64,000 nucleotides of DNA from Planctomycetota bacterium (GTDB lineage Bacteria > Planctomycetota > GCA-002687715), in assembly GCA_009691765.1 (NCBI GenBank), contig SIAO01000007.1, positions 5,348 through 69,347 on the forward strand, in the 5' to 3' direction. A program made the translations under genes and the position numbers. Below are positions 1 through 10,158 of the stretch, one piece after another. The notes beneath the pieces were generated by a model. It was not told the DNA's origin. It ran no database searches and worked only from the letters and a program-made list of their open reading frames with translations. Within the stretch, counting starts at the first letter, position 1. Each line of letters begins with the position of its first letter.

Positions 1-758
1 CGCAACCAGTCTTTGCCTGCGCGCTTGCCACACCAAAGAATTACGCGGCACGGAACGGAAAGTGGCCCGCGCCGCAACGCCTCGCGACGCAAGCGGTCGA
101 AAGCCTCGGGCGCATAGCGAGCATCGGTGCGCGAAAGCCGTCCCGCATGATCGCGCACGCGCACGACGGCTTGCGGCACAGTGGCAAGTCGCCAGCCTGC
201 ATGCACGAGGCGCAACACCAATTCGTAGTCCTCAGGAAAACCTCCGTCCCGCCAGCCGCCACTCTCGGCGAGCGCTCGGCTGCGCAACAGCATGGCCGGG
301 TGCAGCAGCGGACATTCCACGTACAGCTCACGCTCTGGATCCCGCACGCTGTTGAGCCACGCAACATAGGCAAGCATGCCGACACCCGGCGGGACGCCGG
401 CGTCCCCGACCAGTTCACAAGCGCCTCCCACGATGGCGACCTGCGCGTCCTGTTGCATGACAGCGAGCTGCAAACGCAGCCGGCCCGCAATTGCCTCATC
501 ATCAGCATCGAGACGAGCAAGGAACTCACCACACGCCGCCGCACGCCCTGCTTCGAGCGCGGAAGCGATGCCTTGCGGCGTTTGGCGCAATAAACGCACC
601 CGAGTGTCGCAGGGCAACACCGCCGCTGGGTCATCGCGACTGCCGTCATCAATGACGATCACTTCGTCGTCGCTCTGTGAATCAGCGAGCGCTGAAGCCA
701 CGGCGTTGTGCAACCAACGCGCACCGTCGCGCACAGGGATGAGCCACGAAACACGCAT
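1..758 (-). CDS. Glycosyltransferase family 2 (GT-A), 3' end outside window
   Basis: Not in ORF track because it runs off the edge. Manual translation from ATG 758: MRVSWLIPVRDGARWL...EVIVIDDGSRD...FLARLDADD, with the typical GT2 N-terminus and DxD motif. Confidence 0.88.
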   Translation of the reverse strand, partial: MRVSWLIPVRDGARWLHNAVASALADSQSDDEVIVIDDGSRDDPAAVLPCDTRVRLLRQTPQGIASALEAGRAAACGEFLARLDADDEAIAGRLRLQLAVMQQDAQVAIVGGACELVGDAGVPPGVGMLAYVAWLNSVRDPERELYVECPLLHPAMLLRSRALAESGGWRDGGFPEDYELVLRLVHAGWRLATVPQAVVRVRDHAGRLSRTDARYAPEAFDRLRREALRRGPLSVPCRVILWCGKRAGKDWL

Positions 759-761
759 GCG

Positions 762-2402
762 TCAACGAACGCCGCTGCTCTGAGTCATCAATCCCGGAAT
801 GGCCGCAGGCAAGACGCCACCTTCTCGGGAAGCATCGAGCAACAGAGCCGCGAGTGCTTGCTGTGTGCCGGCATCCCAATCGAGACCCACCACCAGCGCG
901 CCATGGCCACGGAGATTGCCGAATGTATAGGGATTGCCCAGCAGGGCGATGGCGTGTCCGAACAGCGCGGCCTTAGCGAGCAGGCGCTGGCGCTCTTGAT
1001 GGAAAGTGTTCCAGTCGTCGGCAGCAAAAGGCGACAACGATGCCGCCGCCAAGACAAGCATCTGCTCCGCTGGTTCTGTGCGCGGTAGGTCTTGACCCCC
1101 TGCACACTCACTCAAGCGCACTTGCATGCCATGAGCACGCAGCGGTTCCATCAATGCAGGGCCAACCGCGTCAAAACCCCAATCTTCACGCTGATCACGC
1201 AGCACGATGACATGCACAGGAAGTTTGGGATTCAAAACACCCTTGCGCACGCGCACCACAGATTTGACCGCGCATTCCAAGGCGAGCGAGCGCGCCAGAG
1301 CACTATCGAGCCGTGGGGCGAGATCTTGCAGTGCACATGTTGGCCCGCGCACGAGCTTCAATCGCGCCGCGAGCACCCGCTCTACGGCTGCGTTGAAAAC
1401 CGCTGGCGGCAATTCACCGTTCTCGACGGCGCGTGCAAGTGCGGCAGCCGTGCCTTGAATGTCTGTGGGGAACAAGAGCACATCGCAACCTGCACCAACG
1501 GCGCGCACGGCAGCTTCAGCCGCTGAAAAACGGCGCGTGATGCCGCCCATGTCAAGGGCATCCGTGAACACGATGCCACTGAAGCCGAGGTCTTTGCGCA
1601 ACAGCCCGTTGATGATTAAAGGAGACAAGGTTGCAGGCAGTGTGTCGTTGGCCGTGAGCTGCGGGAGCGCGATGTGCGCACTCATCACTCCACGAGCCCC
1701 TGCGCGAATGCAAGCGAGGAACGGTGGCAGCTCCACCGTGTCCAAACGCTCTCGCGTGCCGTTCACGACCGGCAAACCGAGATGGGAATCTTCGTGAGTG
1801 TCGCCATGCCCTGGAAAGTGCTTGGCGACCGCCATGACAGCAACACTCTCAACGCCTCGCACGAAAGCGGCTGCATGGCGCGCCACCAATGCGGGATCAT
1901 CGCCATAGGAACGCAGATTGATGATCGGGTTTTGCGGCGACACATTCACATCAGCGATGGGCGCCAGCACCACATTCACGCCGATCAAGGCGGATTCTTC
2001 TGCGGTGCGCCGTGCAATGCGTTCCGTGAGCACCTCCGAGTTAGCGGCGCCCAAGGCCATGCCGCGCGGAAAGCGCGTGGCTCCCGGAAACATGATGCCA
2101 GCACCGCCTTCGCAATCTGCCGTAATCAGCAACGGAATGGGAGCGATGCGCTGCAAGTGCTGCGTCAGCCGATGAACCTGCGCCGCCGTAGCGCGCAAAC
2201 AGTGCACTCCGCCAATGGCCCTGCTGCGCACAAGCGTCTCAAGCTCTGACAACGCCTCTGCGGAATCCAACACCTTTCCGGCGGCGACCGAAGGCACCAG
2301 AAGTTGTCCTGCTTGTTCAAGCCGTGTCAACCCGCGCCGCGTTGTCGCCGCATCTTGAGCAGAGATGACGGCGCTGAGCAACAGCGCAACGAGCCACTTC
2401 AC
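762..2402 (-). CDS. Secreted GH3 beta-N-acetylhexosaminidase (NagZ-like)
   Basis: KHFPGHGDTHEDSH His/Asp dyad motif, FTDALDM nucleophile, LAPIADVN. Signal peptide from GTG 2402, overlapping the upstream stop (GTGA). Confidence 0.9.
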   Translation of the reverse strand: MKWLVALLLSAVISAQDAATTRRGLTRLEQAGQLLVPSVAAGKVLDSAEALSELETLVRSRAIGGVHCLRATAAQVHRLTQHLQRIAPIPLLITADCEGGAGIMFPGATRFPRGMALGAANSEVLTERIARRTAEESALIGVNVVLAPIADVNVSPQNPIINLRSYGDDPALVARHAAAFVRGVESVAVMAVAKHFPGHGDTHEDSHLGLPVVNGTRERLDTVELPPFLACIRAGARGVMSAHIALPQLTANDTLPATLSPLIINGLLRKDLGFSGIVFTDALDMGGITRRFSAAEAAVRAVGAGCDVLLFPTDIQGTAAALARAVENGELPPAVFNAAVERVLAARLKLVRGPTCALQDLAPRLDSALARSLALECAVKSVVRVRKGVLNPKLPVHVIVLRDQREDWGFDAVGPALMEPLRAHGMQVRLSECAGGQDLPRTEPAEQMLVLAAASLSPFAADDWNTFHQERQRLLAKAALFGHAIALLGNPYTFGNLRGHGALVVGLDWDAGTQQALAALLLDASREGGVLPAAIPGLMTQSSGVR

Positions 2403-4003
2403 TTCTTGCGTACCTTTTCCTTTTTCTGATCCGTCTTGGCAAACCCTTTCCACTCTTGCTCAATCTCAGCGAACACATCTTTTTGTGGAGGCACGCCGAA
2501 GATCTCCTCCGCCATGGGCCGCAGCTTCTCGAGATCGGATTTCCCCGTCTTGTCCACGCAGGAATTACACGCGCGCAAGAATGGGCCCATCTTGTCCAAG
2601 CGCCGTGTTGCCAACCAATCCAACATGCTCCAAGCCTTGGCCACCGCGGCGGCATCCATGTCCACCAATGTCATGCGCAACAACACTGTGAACTCTGGTC
2701 CTGAGCGCAGCGCGAGATCATTGAAAGTTGCGCGCAAACCTTCCTCTTCAAAACTCACCGTCGCTTCCACGCCGGTGCGGCCATAATCCGGTAAACGAAA
2801 CGCCACACAGTGCACATTGTTGCGAGCGAGCGCTTCGAAACTGGTCCAATAAGCCCAACCTTCGGAAATCCAATCGGCGCTGTTTGAGGCACCACGATTC
2901 CACGCCAACGCCGCAAGGTTGTGCCCTAGCGCATGCGCGATCATCCCGTCGAGTTCCGTCCCCGGACCGAGGCGCCAAAACTCCAGCCAACGAGCGCCGT
3001 TACTGCCACCAGTGCGGTGACCCATCATGGCCTTGGTGCGCTCGCGAGGCTCTCCGAGCCTGCGGCCATAGTAGTTTTCATAGTACTTCGCGGCCAACTC
3101 AACATCGTCGGGGCAGAAGAAGAACTCGTCGATGACATCCTCGGGGATGGGGTCTAGGTCGTTCTCTGTGATGAAGGGGTCCACGAATTCGGTGCGGAAC
3201 GATTCGATAATGCGCTCGCCCAAGATGCAAGCGGCGTCAAGCTGCGAGGATTTCAAGTCCTGGAAAGAGACGAGGCGCAGATGCTGCGTCTCGCGGCCGT
3301 GCCACTTCAAGTCGCTGCGGCCGAAGTCTTTGCTGCAAGCCGCAAGGGATTCGGGCAGCTCGCTGGACTTCAAGACTCCCTTCGCGATTTCGAGGCGCGT
3401 CTTGCTCGCAGCGCTCTGCGCCTTGCCGAGCTCAATGGAGTAATCCTTCGCGAGTGCTTTGGCCGCCTCTTGGAACAGCGTGGAGTTCAGCCACCCCACA
3501 AGAGTGTCCACGCGCGTCAGTAACTTGCGCTGCGTGTTGAACCACTCTGGTGTGCCCGCCTTGCAAGCACGCAAATCCGTCTTGACTTTCTCCACATCCA
3601 CTTGCTTGCGCAGATACTCGTCGCGCAGTCCCACCAGCGACTGATGCGGGTAGCACAGGTGCATGGCGTCCTTGGGTTTCATTTCCGCTTCAGGGATCTG
3701 CACCTCGCGGGCCTTGCCGTTGGGCGTGCGTTTCCCATCGGCACCAACAAGCTCCAAATTCGGCTTGCCAGAATCAGGAACTAGCAGCGTAATGACCTTG
3801 CTCGTGCCCGGTTTGGTGATGAGATTGGCTTTGAGGTCGATGACCAAACCACTCAGATGCTGCCCCACGATCATGGACTTGCCTTCCCAAGTCGTCAGCC
3901 ATTTCGCGTATTTCTTGCTCGTTTTCTCGTCAAGCAATTCCACGCCCACAATTTGGGCGCAAAGCACGCTGGCAAGCAACACCAGACTTACACAAAGGCG
4001 CAT
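2399..4003 (-). CDS. Secreted hypothetical protein with a degenerate gluzincin-like motif
   Basis: Signal peptide MRLCVSLVLLASVLCAQ. AHALGH...WISEGWAYW resembles HExxH...EG without the catalytic Glu. Confidence 0.7.
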   Translation of the reverse strand: MRLCVSLVLLASVLCAQIVGVELLDEKTSKKYAKWLTTWEGKSMIVGQHLSGLVIDLKANLITKPGTSKVITLLVPDSGKPNLELVGADGKRTPNGKAREVQIPEAEMKPKDAMHLCYPHQSLVGLRDEYLRKQVDVEKVKTDLRACKAGTPEWFNTQRKLLTRVDTLVGWLNSTLFQEAAKALAKDYSIELGKAQSAASKTRLEIAKGVLKSSELPESLAACSKDFGRSDLKWHGRETQHLRLVSFQDLKSSQLDAACILGERIIESFRTEFVDPFITENDLDPIPEDVIDEFFFCPDDVELAAKYYENYYGRRLGEPRERTKAMMGHRTGGSNGARWLEFWRLGPGTELDGMIAHALGHNLAALAWNRGASNSADWISEGWAYWTSFEALARNNVHCVAFRLPDYGRTGVEATVSFEEEGLRATFNDLALRSGPEFTVLLRMTLVDMDAAAVAKAWSMLDWLATRRLDKMGPFLRACNSCVDKTGKSDLEKLRPMAEEIFGVPPQKDVFAEIEQEWKGFAKTDQKKEKVRKK

Positions 4004-4086
4004 GATCTTCTCCGGCGCGCATTCTATAGTGTCGCCCTCGTGTTGCCGCATGGAAGCGGCACTCCACATCTATGGTCCCGCAAGAC

Positions 4087-5049
4087 ATGAAGACCCTCAT
4101 CACCGGCGCCGCCGGATTCATCGGTTCACACCTCGCGGAGGCCCTCGTGGCTGAAGGGCGCGAGGTCCTAGCGCTCGACGATCTCTCCACGGGCAACATG
4201 GAGAATCTCCGGGGTTTGAATGGCCACGAGCGTTTCCGCTTCGTCGAAGGCGATGTGCGCGACCGGGCCCTCGTTGCCACTCTCGTGCGAGATTGCGCCG
4301 AGGTCTACCACCTTGCGGCCGCTGTCGGCGCCGCCTTGGTGATGCAGCAGCCCGTGCGCACACTGGAAGTGAACGTCGCTGGCACCGCTAGCGTCTTGGC
4401 TGCTGCCACGCAGGCGGAAGCGCGAGTGTTCCTCGCCAGCACGTCGGAAGTTTATGGACGGAGCAGCGCCGCTGTGCAACACGAAGAGGACGACCTTGGT
4501 TTCGGTCCGAGCACGCGCCCGCGTTGGGGCTACGCCTGCTCGAAAGCTCTCGACGAATGGTTAGCCCTCGCGCACGCCTCCGAGGATGGTTTGCAAGTGG
4601 TGGTAGGGCGCATCTTCAACACCACGGGCCCGCGCCAAAGTGGACGCTACGGCATGGTGCTACCGCGCTTTGTCCAAGCCGCACTGCACGCAGAGCCGCT
4701 GGTCGTGCACGGCGACGGATTGCAAACGCGCTGCTTTTCTCATGTCAAGGACACAGTGCGCGCTATCTGCCGGCTTATGCAAACACCGGCGGCCTACCGC
4801 CAAGTGGTGAACATTGGTTCCACAGAAGAAGTGACCATCCGCGAACTTGCTGAGCGGGTGGTGCGCATCGCGAAATCGTCCTCGCCCATCGTGCACTGGC
4901 CCGTGGAGCAAGCTTTCAGCGAAGGCTACGAAGACCTACCGCGTCGGCGTCCCTGCACGAAAAAGCTGCGCGCCCTCACAGGATTCACACCGGCGATTCC
5001 GCTCGACGAGATCATTGCTGCACTTTGCCACGAAGGTGCGCGAGGGTAA
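4087..5049 (+). CDS. NAD-dependent nucleotide-sugar epimerase/dehydratase (extended SDR)
   Basis: TGAAGFIGSHL Rossmann motif, ASTSEVYG, YACSK (YxxxK), FNTTGPRQ. Confidence 0.93.
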   Translation: MKTLITGAAGFIGSHLAEALVAEGREVLALDDLSTGNMENLRGLNGHERFRFVEGDVRDRALVATLVRDCAEVYHLAAAVGAALVMQQPVRTLEVNVAGTASVLAAATQAEARVFLASTSEVYGRSSAAVQHEEDDLGFGPSTRPRWGYACSKALDEWLALAHASEDGLQVVVGRIFNTTGPRQSGRYGMVLPRFVQAALHAEPLVVHGDGLQTRCFSHVKDTVRAICRLMQTPAAYRQVVNIGSTEEVTIRELAERVVRIAKSSSPIVHWPVEQAFSEGYEDLPRRRPCTKKLRALTGFTPAIPLDEIIAALCHEGARG

Positions 5050-5064
5050 TCTTTCGCGCCAGCC

Positions 5065-5304
5065 GTGATGACATTCCTCCGCTTTCTTCTCCGCATCTGG
5101 ATCAGTTTTGGACGCGTCCTTGGCATCGTGAACCTCACGGTGCTCTTGAGCGTGGTCTACTTGCTGATCGTGCCCTTCTATGCGCTCGCTGCTTTGATCC
5201 GCGACCCACTGGGATTGCGCTCAGTGCGCCGCGCACCACCAACGCACTGGAAACCGTCGCACACTCCGCGCGCTGACGCCGACAACCTCTGGCGGCCCTA
5301 CTGA
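5065..5304 (+). CDS. SxtJ-like small membrane protein
   Basis: 79 aa, W..FGRVLG.VN..VLL.VVY.LI.P...RDPL pattern; directly upstream of the carbamoyltransferase. Confidence 0.72.
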   Translation: MMTFLRFLLRIWISFGRVLGIVNLTVLLSVVYLLIVPFYALAALIRDPLGLRSVRRAPPTHWKPSHTPRADADNLWRPY

Positions 5305-5305
5305 G

Positions 5306-7057
5306 ATGCGCGTCCTCGGGCTGTCCTTTGATTTCCATGATTCCGCCGCGGTGCTGATCGAAGACCATCGCATCGTGGCCGCCGCCGCTGAAGAGCGCTT
5401 CGTCCGGCGCAAACACACCGCAGAGTTCCCGAAAGAGGCCATCGCTTGGGCGCTCGAGAGCACAGGCACCAGCCTCGCCGCTGTGGACCATGTGGTCTTC
5501 TATGAAAAGCCCTTCCAAAAGTTTGATCGCATCCTCACCACAGCACTGGCTTCCTGGCCACGCTCGTATTTTTTCTTCTTGAAGTCCATGCCTCAATGGC
5601 TGGTGCGCAAACTCCACACCGCGCGGCAGATTCGCAAAGGTCTTGGACAAGACCGCTCGGTGCTGTTTGCTTCACACCACCTCTCGCACGCTGCCAGCGC
5701 TTTCTTTCCCTCGCCCTTCGAAGAAGCCGCCATCATCACTGCCGACGGCGTTGGCGAATGGGCCACCACTAGCTTCGGCCGCGGCGCAGGTTGCAAGTTG
5801 GAGCTCGAAAGCGAAATCCGCTTTCCGCACTCGCTCGGGCTTTATTACTCGGCGCTCACTGCGTATCTCGGCTTCAAGGTGAACGACGCCGAATGGAAAG
5901 TGATGGGGCTCGCTCCCTACGGCGAGCCGCGCTTCGTCGAGCAGTTCCGCAAGCTCATCCAACTTCGCGAAGACGGCAGCTTTGCTCTCGACATGCGTTA
6001 CTTCAGCCACGCGTTCAGCACGCGCAGCATGATCAACACGCGCTACGAACGCTTGTTCGGACGTCCACGCCGCTCGCCAGAATCCGCGTTGGAGCAGTTC
6101 CACAACGACATTGCGCGCAGCGGTCAGCAAGTCCTCGAAGAAGCCATGTTGAACCTCGCGCGCGCCGTACAACGACGAACAGGTTTGCGCAAATTGGCTC
6201 TGGGCGGAGGCGTCGGCCTCAATTGCGTCGCCAATTGGCGCATCCTTCGCGAATCAGGTTTTGACGAGATCTTCATTCAGCCCGCAGCGGGTGATGACGG
6301 CGGCGCGCTGGGTGCCGCGGCATTAGTGATGGCGGAACTGGGCGGCGTGCGCGTCGAACCCATGCAACATGCACTCTTCGGTCCGGCGTGGAGCGATGCG
6401 CAGATCGAATCCGACTTGTTGCGGCTTGGAGCGAAGCCGCGCCGCTACGAACGTGCCGCGTTGCTCGAAGAGTGTGCGCGGCGCCTGCACGCCAAAGAAA
6501 TCCTCGGTTGGTTCCAAGGGCCCATGGAGTTTGGCCCGCGCGCGCTCGGAGCACGCAGCATTCTCTCCACCGCATCCGATGCTTCGATGAAAGACAAGAT
6601 CAACGCTCGCGTGAAGTACCGCGAGGCCTTTCGCCCGTTCGCGCCGAGTGTGCCCAAGCACCTCGCCTCGCGTTGGTTCGATGTGCCTGAAGGGCTGGAT
6701 TCTCCGTTCATGCTCTTGGTGCCGCAGGTGCGCCCTGAAGCACGGGTATTGCTGCCAGCGATCACGCATCACGACGGATCCGCACGAATCCAAACCGTCA
6801 CCCACGAAGCGAACGCGCTGTATCACGACCTACTGCTCGCCTACGGAGAACGCAGTGGCATCCCAGTGCTGCTCAACACCTCGTTCAATGTGCGAGGCGA
6901 GCCGATCGTGAACACTCCCGAACAAGCGCTCACTTGTTTCCGCAACACCGGACTCGACGCGCTGGTCATTGGCAGTTTCATCGTGAGCGGCAAAGATGAA
7001 CCCGTTGACCACGAGCGCGGCATGCGTGCGAGCGTGGCCTTGGAGCGCACCCCATGA
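5306..7057 (+). CDS. O-carbamoyltransferase (NodU/CmcH/SxtI family)
   Basis: HDSAA, EERFVRRKH, HHLSHAASAF, DGVGEW, EFGPRALGARS, REAFRPFAP, LLNTSFNVRGEPIV. Confidence 0.96.
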   Translation: MRVLGLSFDFHDSAAVLIEDHRIVAAAAEERFVRRKHTAEFPKEAIAWALESTGTSLAAVDHVVFYEKPFQKFDRILTTALASWPRSYFFFLKSMPQWLVRKLHTARQIRKGLGQDRSVLFASHHLSHAASAFFPSPFEEAAIITADGVGEWATTSFGRGAGCKLELESEIRFPHSLGLYYSALTAYLGFKVNDAEWKVMGLAPYGEPRFVEQFRKLIQLREDGSFALDMRYFSHAFSTRSMINTRYERLFGRPRRSPESALEQFHNDIARSGQQVLEEAMLNLARAVQRRTGLRKLALGGGVGLNCVANWRILRESGFDEIFIQPAAGDDGGALGAAALVMAELGGVRVEPMQHALFGPAWSDAQIESDLLRLGAKPRRYERAALLEECARRLHAKEILGWFQGPMEFGPRALGARSILSTASDASMKDKINARVKYREAFRPFAPSVPKHLASRWFDVPEGLDSPFMLLVPQVRPEARVLLPAITHHDGSARIQTVTHEANALYHDLLLAYGERSGIPVLLNTSFNVRGEPIVNTPEQALTCFRNTGLDALVIGSFIVSGKDEPVDHERGMRASVALERTP

Positions 7058-7227
7058 ACGATCAGCGGCGCAATAGAGGGTTTATCTCTGAGTTCTGTTC
7101 CTTCCTCAGCCATGAGAAGAAGTGGTGGCTGTTGCCGCTCGTGATCGTGTTTGGTGCCATTGGCGCCTTGGCCCTCGTGGCCGAAGTGATTCCTGCAGCA
7201 GCACCCGCCATCTACTCGTTCTTCTGA
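7054..7227 (+). CDS. DUF5989/SxtK-like 57-aa membrane peptide
   Basis: Below ORF-track cutoff. MNDQRRNRGFISEFCSFLSHEKKWWLLPLVIVFGAIGALALVAEVIPAAAPAIYSFF, with KKWWLLP...AP.IY..F signature and ATGA/TGATG overlaps with both neighbours. Confidence 0.85.
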   Translation: MNDQRRNRGFISEFCSFLSHEKKWWLLPLVIVFGAIGALALVAEVIPAAAPAIYSFF

Positions 7228-8231
7228 TGCGCGTGCTCTTGCTGGAACCGGCGTCCGCGGCTGTTGGACGCGGCAACGCAACGACGGCCGAACGCTACGC
7301 GCGCGCAGCGGAGGGCGCAGGACACTGTGTGCTTCGCGCCACTCCGGACACCATCCCCACGGAGGCCGTTGATCTTGTTCATGCGCATCACGCTGCGCGC
7401 TGCGGGCCTAGGGGAGTAGCCCTGGCGCAGCAATGGCGCTGTCCGCTCATCATCTCGCTCGGAGGCACAGACCTCCATGGCCAAGCAGCGCAAGGGTTGG
7501 ATCCGACGGCCCGCGCTCCGCTGCAGTATGCGCGCCTCATCCTCGGTCCCTTCGCCGACGACGCATCACTCTTGCGGGCTGCGGGCATCGACACATCCAC
7601 ATTCCGAGTTGTGCGCAGAGGTGTGAAGCCAGTCGATGCACTGCCTCATCAACCGGCGCTCGGTGTGTTGCGCATTCTCTGCCTTGGTGCTGTGCGGCCA
7701 CTCAAGAACAACATGGTCGCTATGGAGATCGTCGCTGCTTTGCGACGCCATAGAATTGACTGCACGCTCACCTTTGCTGGCGCAGAACTGGACAGTGCCT
7801 ACGCCGAAGGGTTGCGTCAACGCTTGCACGCATCCGATGTCATGCTCGGCCCCGTCGCTTCCGCTGCGCTGCCTGCGATCTTCGCTTCCAGCGATGTGCT
7901 GCTCAACACGTCTTTGGCCGAAGGCGCCTCCAACGCCATCTTGGAAGCGCTCGCCGCAGGAGTTCCTGTGGCGGCCAGCAATGTGCATGGCAACACGGCA
8001 TTACTGCGCACCGCAGGTGCAAACTTCGCCTGCCTCTTTGACCTCGCCGAGCCGCTGACACAGCTCGCACCGTTTGGCACATTGCTCCTCAGCGCAGGCA
8101 CTTCAGAGAACGCCGAGCGTGCGCACGAAGCGCAAGAGTTTGTGCGTGTACATCACGATGTCGCCGCTGAGGCTCATGAACTCCTCGGCGCCTATGCGGA
8201 AGCGCTTGGAGCTACGCCGCAAGCCCGATAA
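7227..8231 (+). CDS. Glycosyltransferase family 4 (GT-B), SenB/GLT1D1-like subgroup
   Basis: GNATTAERY, LGGTDL, RPLKN, NTSLAEGASNAILEALAAGVPVAAS. Confidence 0.85.
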   Translation: MRVLLLEPASAAVGRGNATTAERYARAAEGAGHCVLRATPDTIPTEAVDLVHAHHAARCGPRGVALAQQWRCPLIISLGGTDLHGQAAQGLDPTARAPLQYARLILGPFADDASLLRAAGIDTSTFRVVRRGVKPVDALPHQPALGVLRILCLGAVRPLKNNMVAMEIVAALRRHRIDCTLTFAGAELDSAYAEGLRQRLHASDVMLGPVASAALPAIFASSDVLLNTSLAEGASNAILEALAAGVPVAASNVHGNTALLRTAGANFACLFDLAEPLTQLAPFGTLLLSAGTSENAERAHEAQEFVRVHHDVAAEAHELLGAYAEALGATPQAR

Positions 8232-8241
8232 CCTCACCGCC

Positions 8242-10158
8242 ATGGTGAATGTGCGCAATTTCGTGAGTACAACGCTGCAGAGCAGCCTGCTGTTCTTGGT
8301 GCTCAGTGTCGCCCTATCGGCTCAGACTCCGGTCGCGATCGCAAGTGCAGCAGATGACGCGAATCCGCTGAACGCGTTGCCTGCCGACACAAAGTTCGTG
8401 CTGCGTTTCGCAGGTCTGGCGGCGCTCAGCGCAAATGCAGAAGACCTTGGCTGGCACCGACTGTGGCGTGATGAACGCATGCAGAGGGCACTGACACCAG
8501 TGCTCACGGCTTGGGACCGAAGCCTCGAAGATGTTGACCCTCAGGCCGCTCTCGTCTGGGCGCAATTCAAACCCTTCTTCGCTGCGCCCGTGGTTCTTGG
8601 ATTGTGCGGAATGCGCGAAGTGCGCTGGCATGGAGAAGTGCGCCACTGGCCCGATGCTCTGTTGTGTGTGGAAGCCGGTGCAGAAGCTGAAGCGCTGTCC
8701 GGCACGCTGCAGACGCTTGCAGGTTTCATCGGCGACGGCGACGGCGCGACGCTGCGCCGCGACACGGAACGCCACCGCGGTTGCGACATCGCCAGTTTCA
8801 TCCGCGATGACCAAGACGCCAAGTTTGAAGTTGCGATCACGACAACGCGCGGGTTGGTGCTCATCGCTCTTGATCGCGCAATGCTGCGCACTGCGCTTGA
8901 CCGTCTCGCAGATCCAACGCTCGCCAACCTGCAAAAGCACCCTGCTTTCGCCGTCACGCGGCCCAGAGCAGGAACGGTGACCGCGCTCGAGCTTTGGTGC
9001 GATCTCCCGAGCGTTCTCACACACTTCGGAGCACAGTTGCCTCAGTCGTTGCGCACCGTCCTTGCCTTGCCGTCGCTCTTCGCGGCCAAGACCATCACGC
9101 TGCACGCAAACATGGACGCAGGATGGGGCAGCACGCAAATCACCATGCGCAGCGACCCGTACGCAGTGCTCGATACAACGAGCACTACGCCTCAAACGAT
9201 GCCTGCGAGCATTCCAGCAACCGCGGTGCTGAGTGCCGGTGCTCGCTATGACCCAGCCGCATTCCAAGCGCTCCTTCATGACGCTGCGACCGCGAGTGAT
9301 TCAGTGCCCGTGCTTGCCGCTTTACGCCTGAGCGCGAACACAGCGCTCGCGGAGCTCGGCATCTCAGTGCAACAAGACATGCTGCCGGCCATCGGCCATG
9401 AAGCACTCGGTTACATCGAACTCAGCAAGCTCGCTTCTTTCCCCAACGCTGTGCTCAGCTTTGAAGGCGCCGATGTGGCAAAGCTCAGCGCGCTCTTGCA
9501 TCTCACTGTAGAAAAACTCGGCATCACCATGGAAATGCGCGGACCTCCCGAACAGGAGATCCTGCATTTCGACATGGCCGCGCTCTTCGGATTCAAACTG
9601 GAACCAGGTGCAGAGCCTCGGCCCGCCGAACGTCGTGGCGCACGTCCGATCACCGTCGCCTCCGTGGTGCAGCCCTGCTTTGCAATTCGCGGACAGCGCT
9701 CTGTTTTGGCATTGCATGAGCGTGGCATGACTGCGGCACTCGATCGCTTTCGCGCGGCTGACAGCGCTGTGACCGCGACCGCGCCGAACTTTCAGCCCGT
9801 GGACACAACTCACCCCTTCGATGCGTGGCTGCTCTTGGATGTGCAACGCCTCGTGAGTGTGCTGGTGCAACGGGCTGGCTCTGGAGTTGCATGGTTGGAC
9901 GCGACGCCCCTAGGCGAACTGCTGGCGGATGGCGCGGCGACTTCCAAGGTCCCCGAGACGCGCCTCAGTTTGAAGCAACACAGAGGTGCTCTACGCTTCG
10001 TCTGGACGGGCATCGAACTGGCCACGCTCCTCTCCATCACCTCGCGCTTGATGCTCGATGCCGATGGCGTGCCCCCCATCGCATTGACCAATCTGGCCCG
10101 CCACTGGCCCAAAGAAAGCGCCGCACCGAGCATCAAACCTCTGGGAGACAAGCGCTAA
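8242..10158 (+). CDS. Secreted/membrane hypothetical protein (possibly DUF3352-like)
   Basis: Long ORF with signal peptide (LLFLVLSVALSAQ) followed by LPADT-type start of the mature domain. Confidence 0.65.
   Translation: MVNVRNFVSTTLQSSLLFLVLSVALSAQTPVAIASAADDANPLNALPADTKFVLRFAGLAALSANAEDLGWHRLWRDERMQRALTPVLTAWDRSLEDVDPQAALVWAQFKPFFAAPVVLGLCGMREVRWHGEVRHWPDALLCVEAGAEAEALSGTLQTLAGFIGDGDGATLRRDTERHRGCDIASFIRDDQDAKFEVAITTTRGLVLIALDRAMLRTALDRLADPTLANLQKHPAFAVTRPRAGTVTALELWCDLPSVLTHFGAQLPQSLRTVLALPSLFAAKTITLHANMDAGWGSTQITMRSDPYAVLDTTSTTPQTMPASIPATAVLSAGARYDPAAFQALLHDAATASDSVPVLAALRLSANTALAELGISVQQDMLPAIGHEALGYIELSKLASFPNAVLSFEGADVAKLSALLHLTVEKLGITMEMRGPPEQEILHFDMAALFGFKLEPGAEPRPAERRGARPITVASVVQPCFAIRGQRSVLALHERGMTAALDRFRAADSAVTATAPNFQPVDTTHPFDAWLLLDVQRLVSVLVQRAGSGVAWLDATPLGELLADGAATSKVPETRLSLKQHRGALRFVWTGIELATLLSITSRLMLDADGVPPIALTNLARHWPKESAAPSIKPLGDKR

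Noticed and set aside
41-652. 203-aa minus ORF in the track
   Set aside because: Wrong frame; the GT2 motifs are in the frame starting at 758 that runs off the window edge.
5065-7227. Saxitoxin biosynthesis cluster
   Set aside because: Only sxtI/J/K-like genes are present; no sxtA, sxtG or other core genes, and the context is sugar enzymes.
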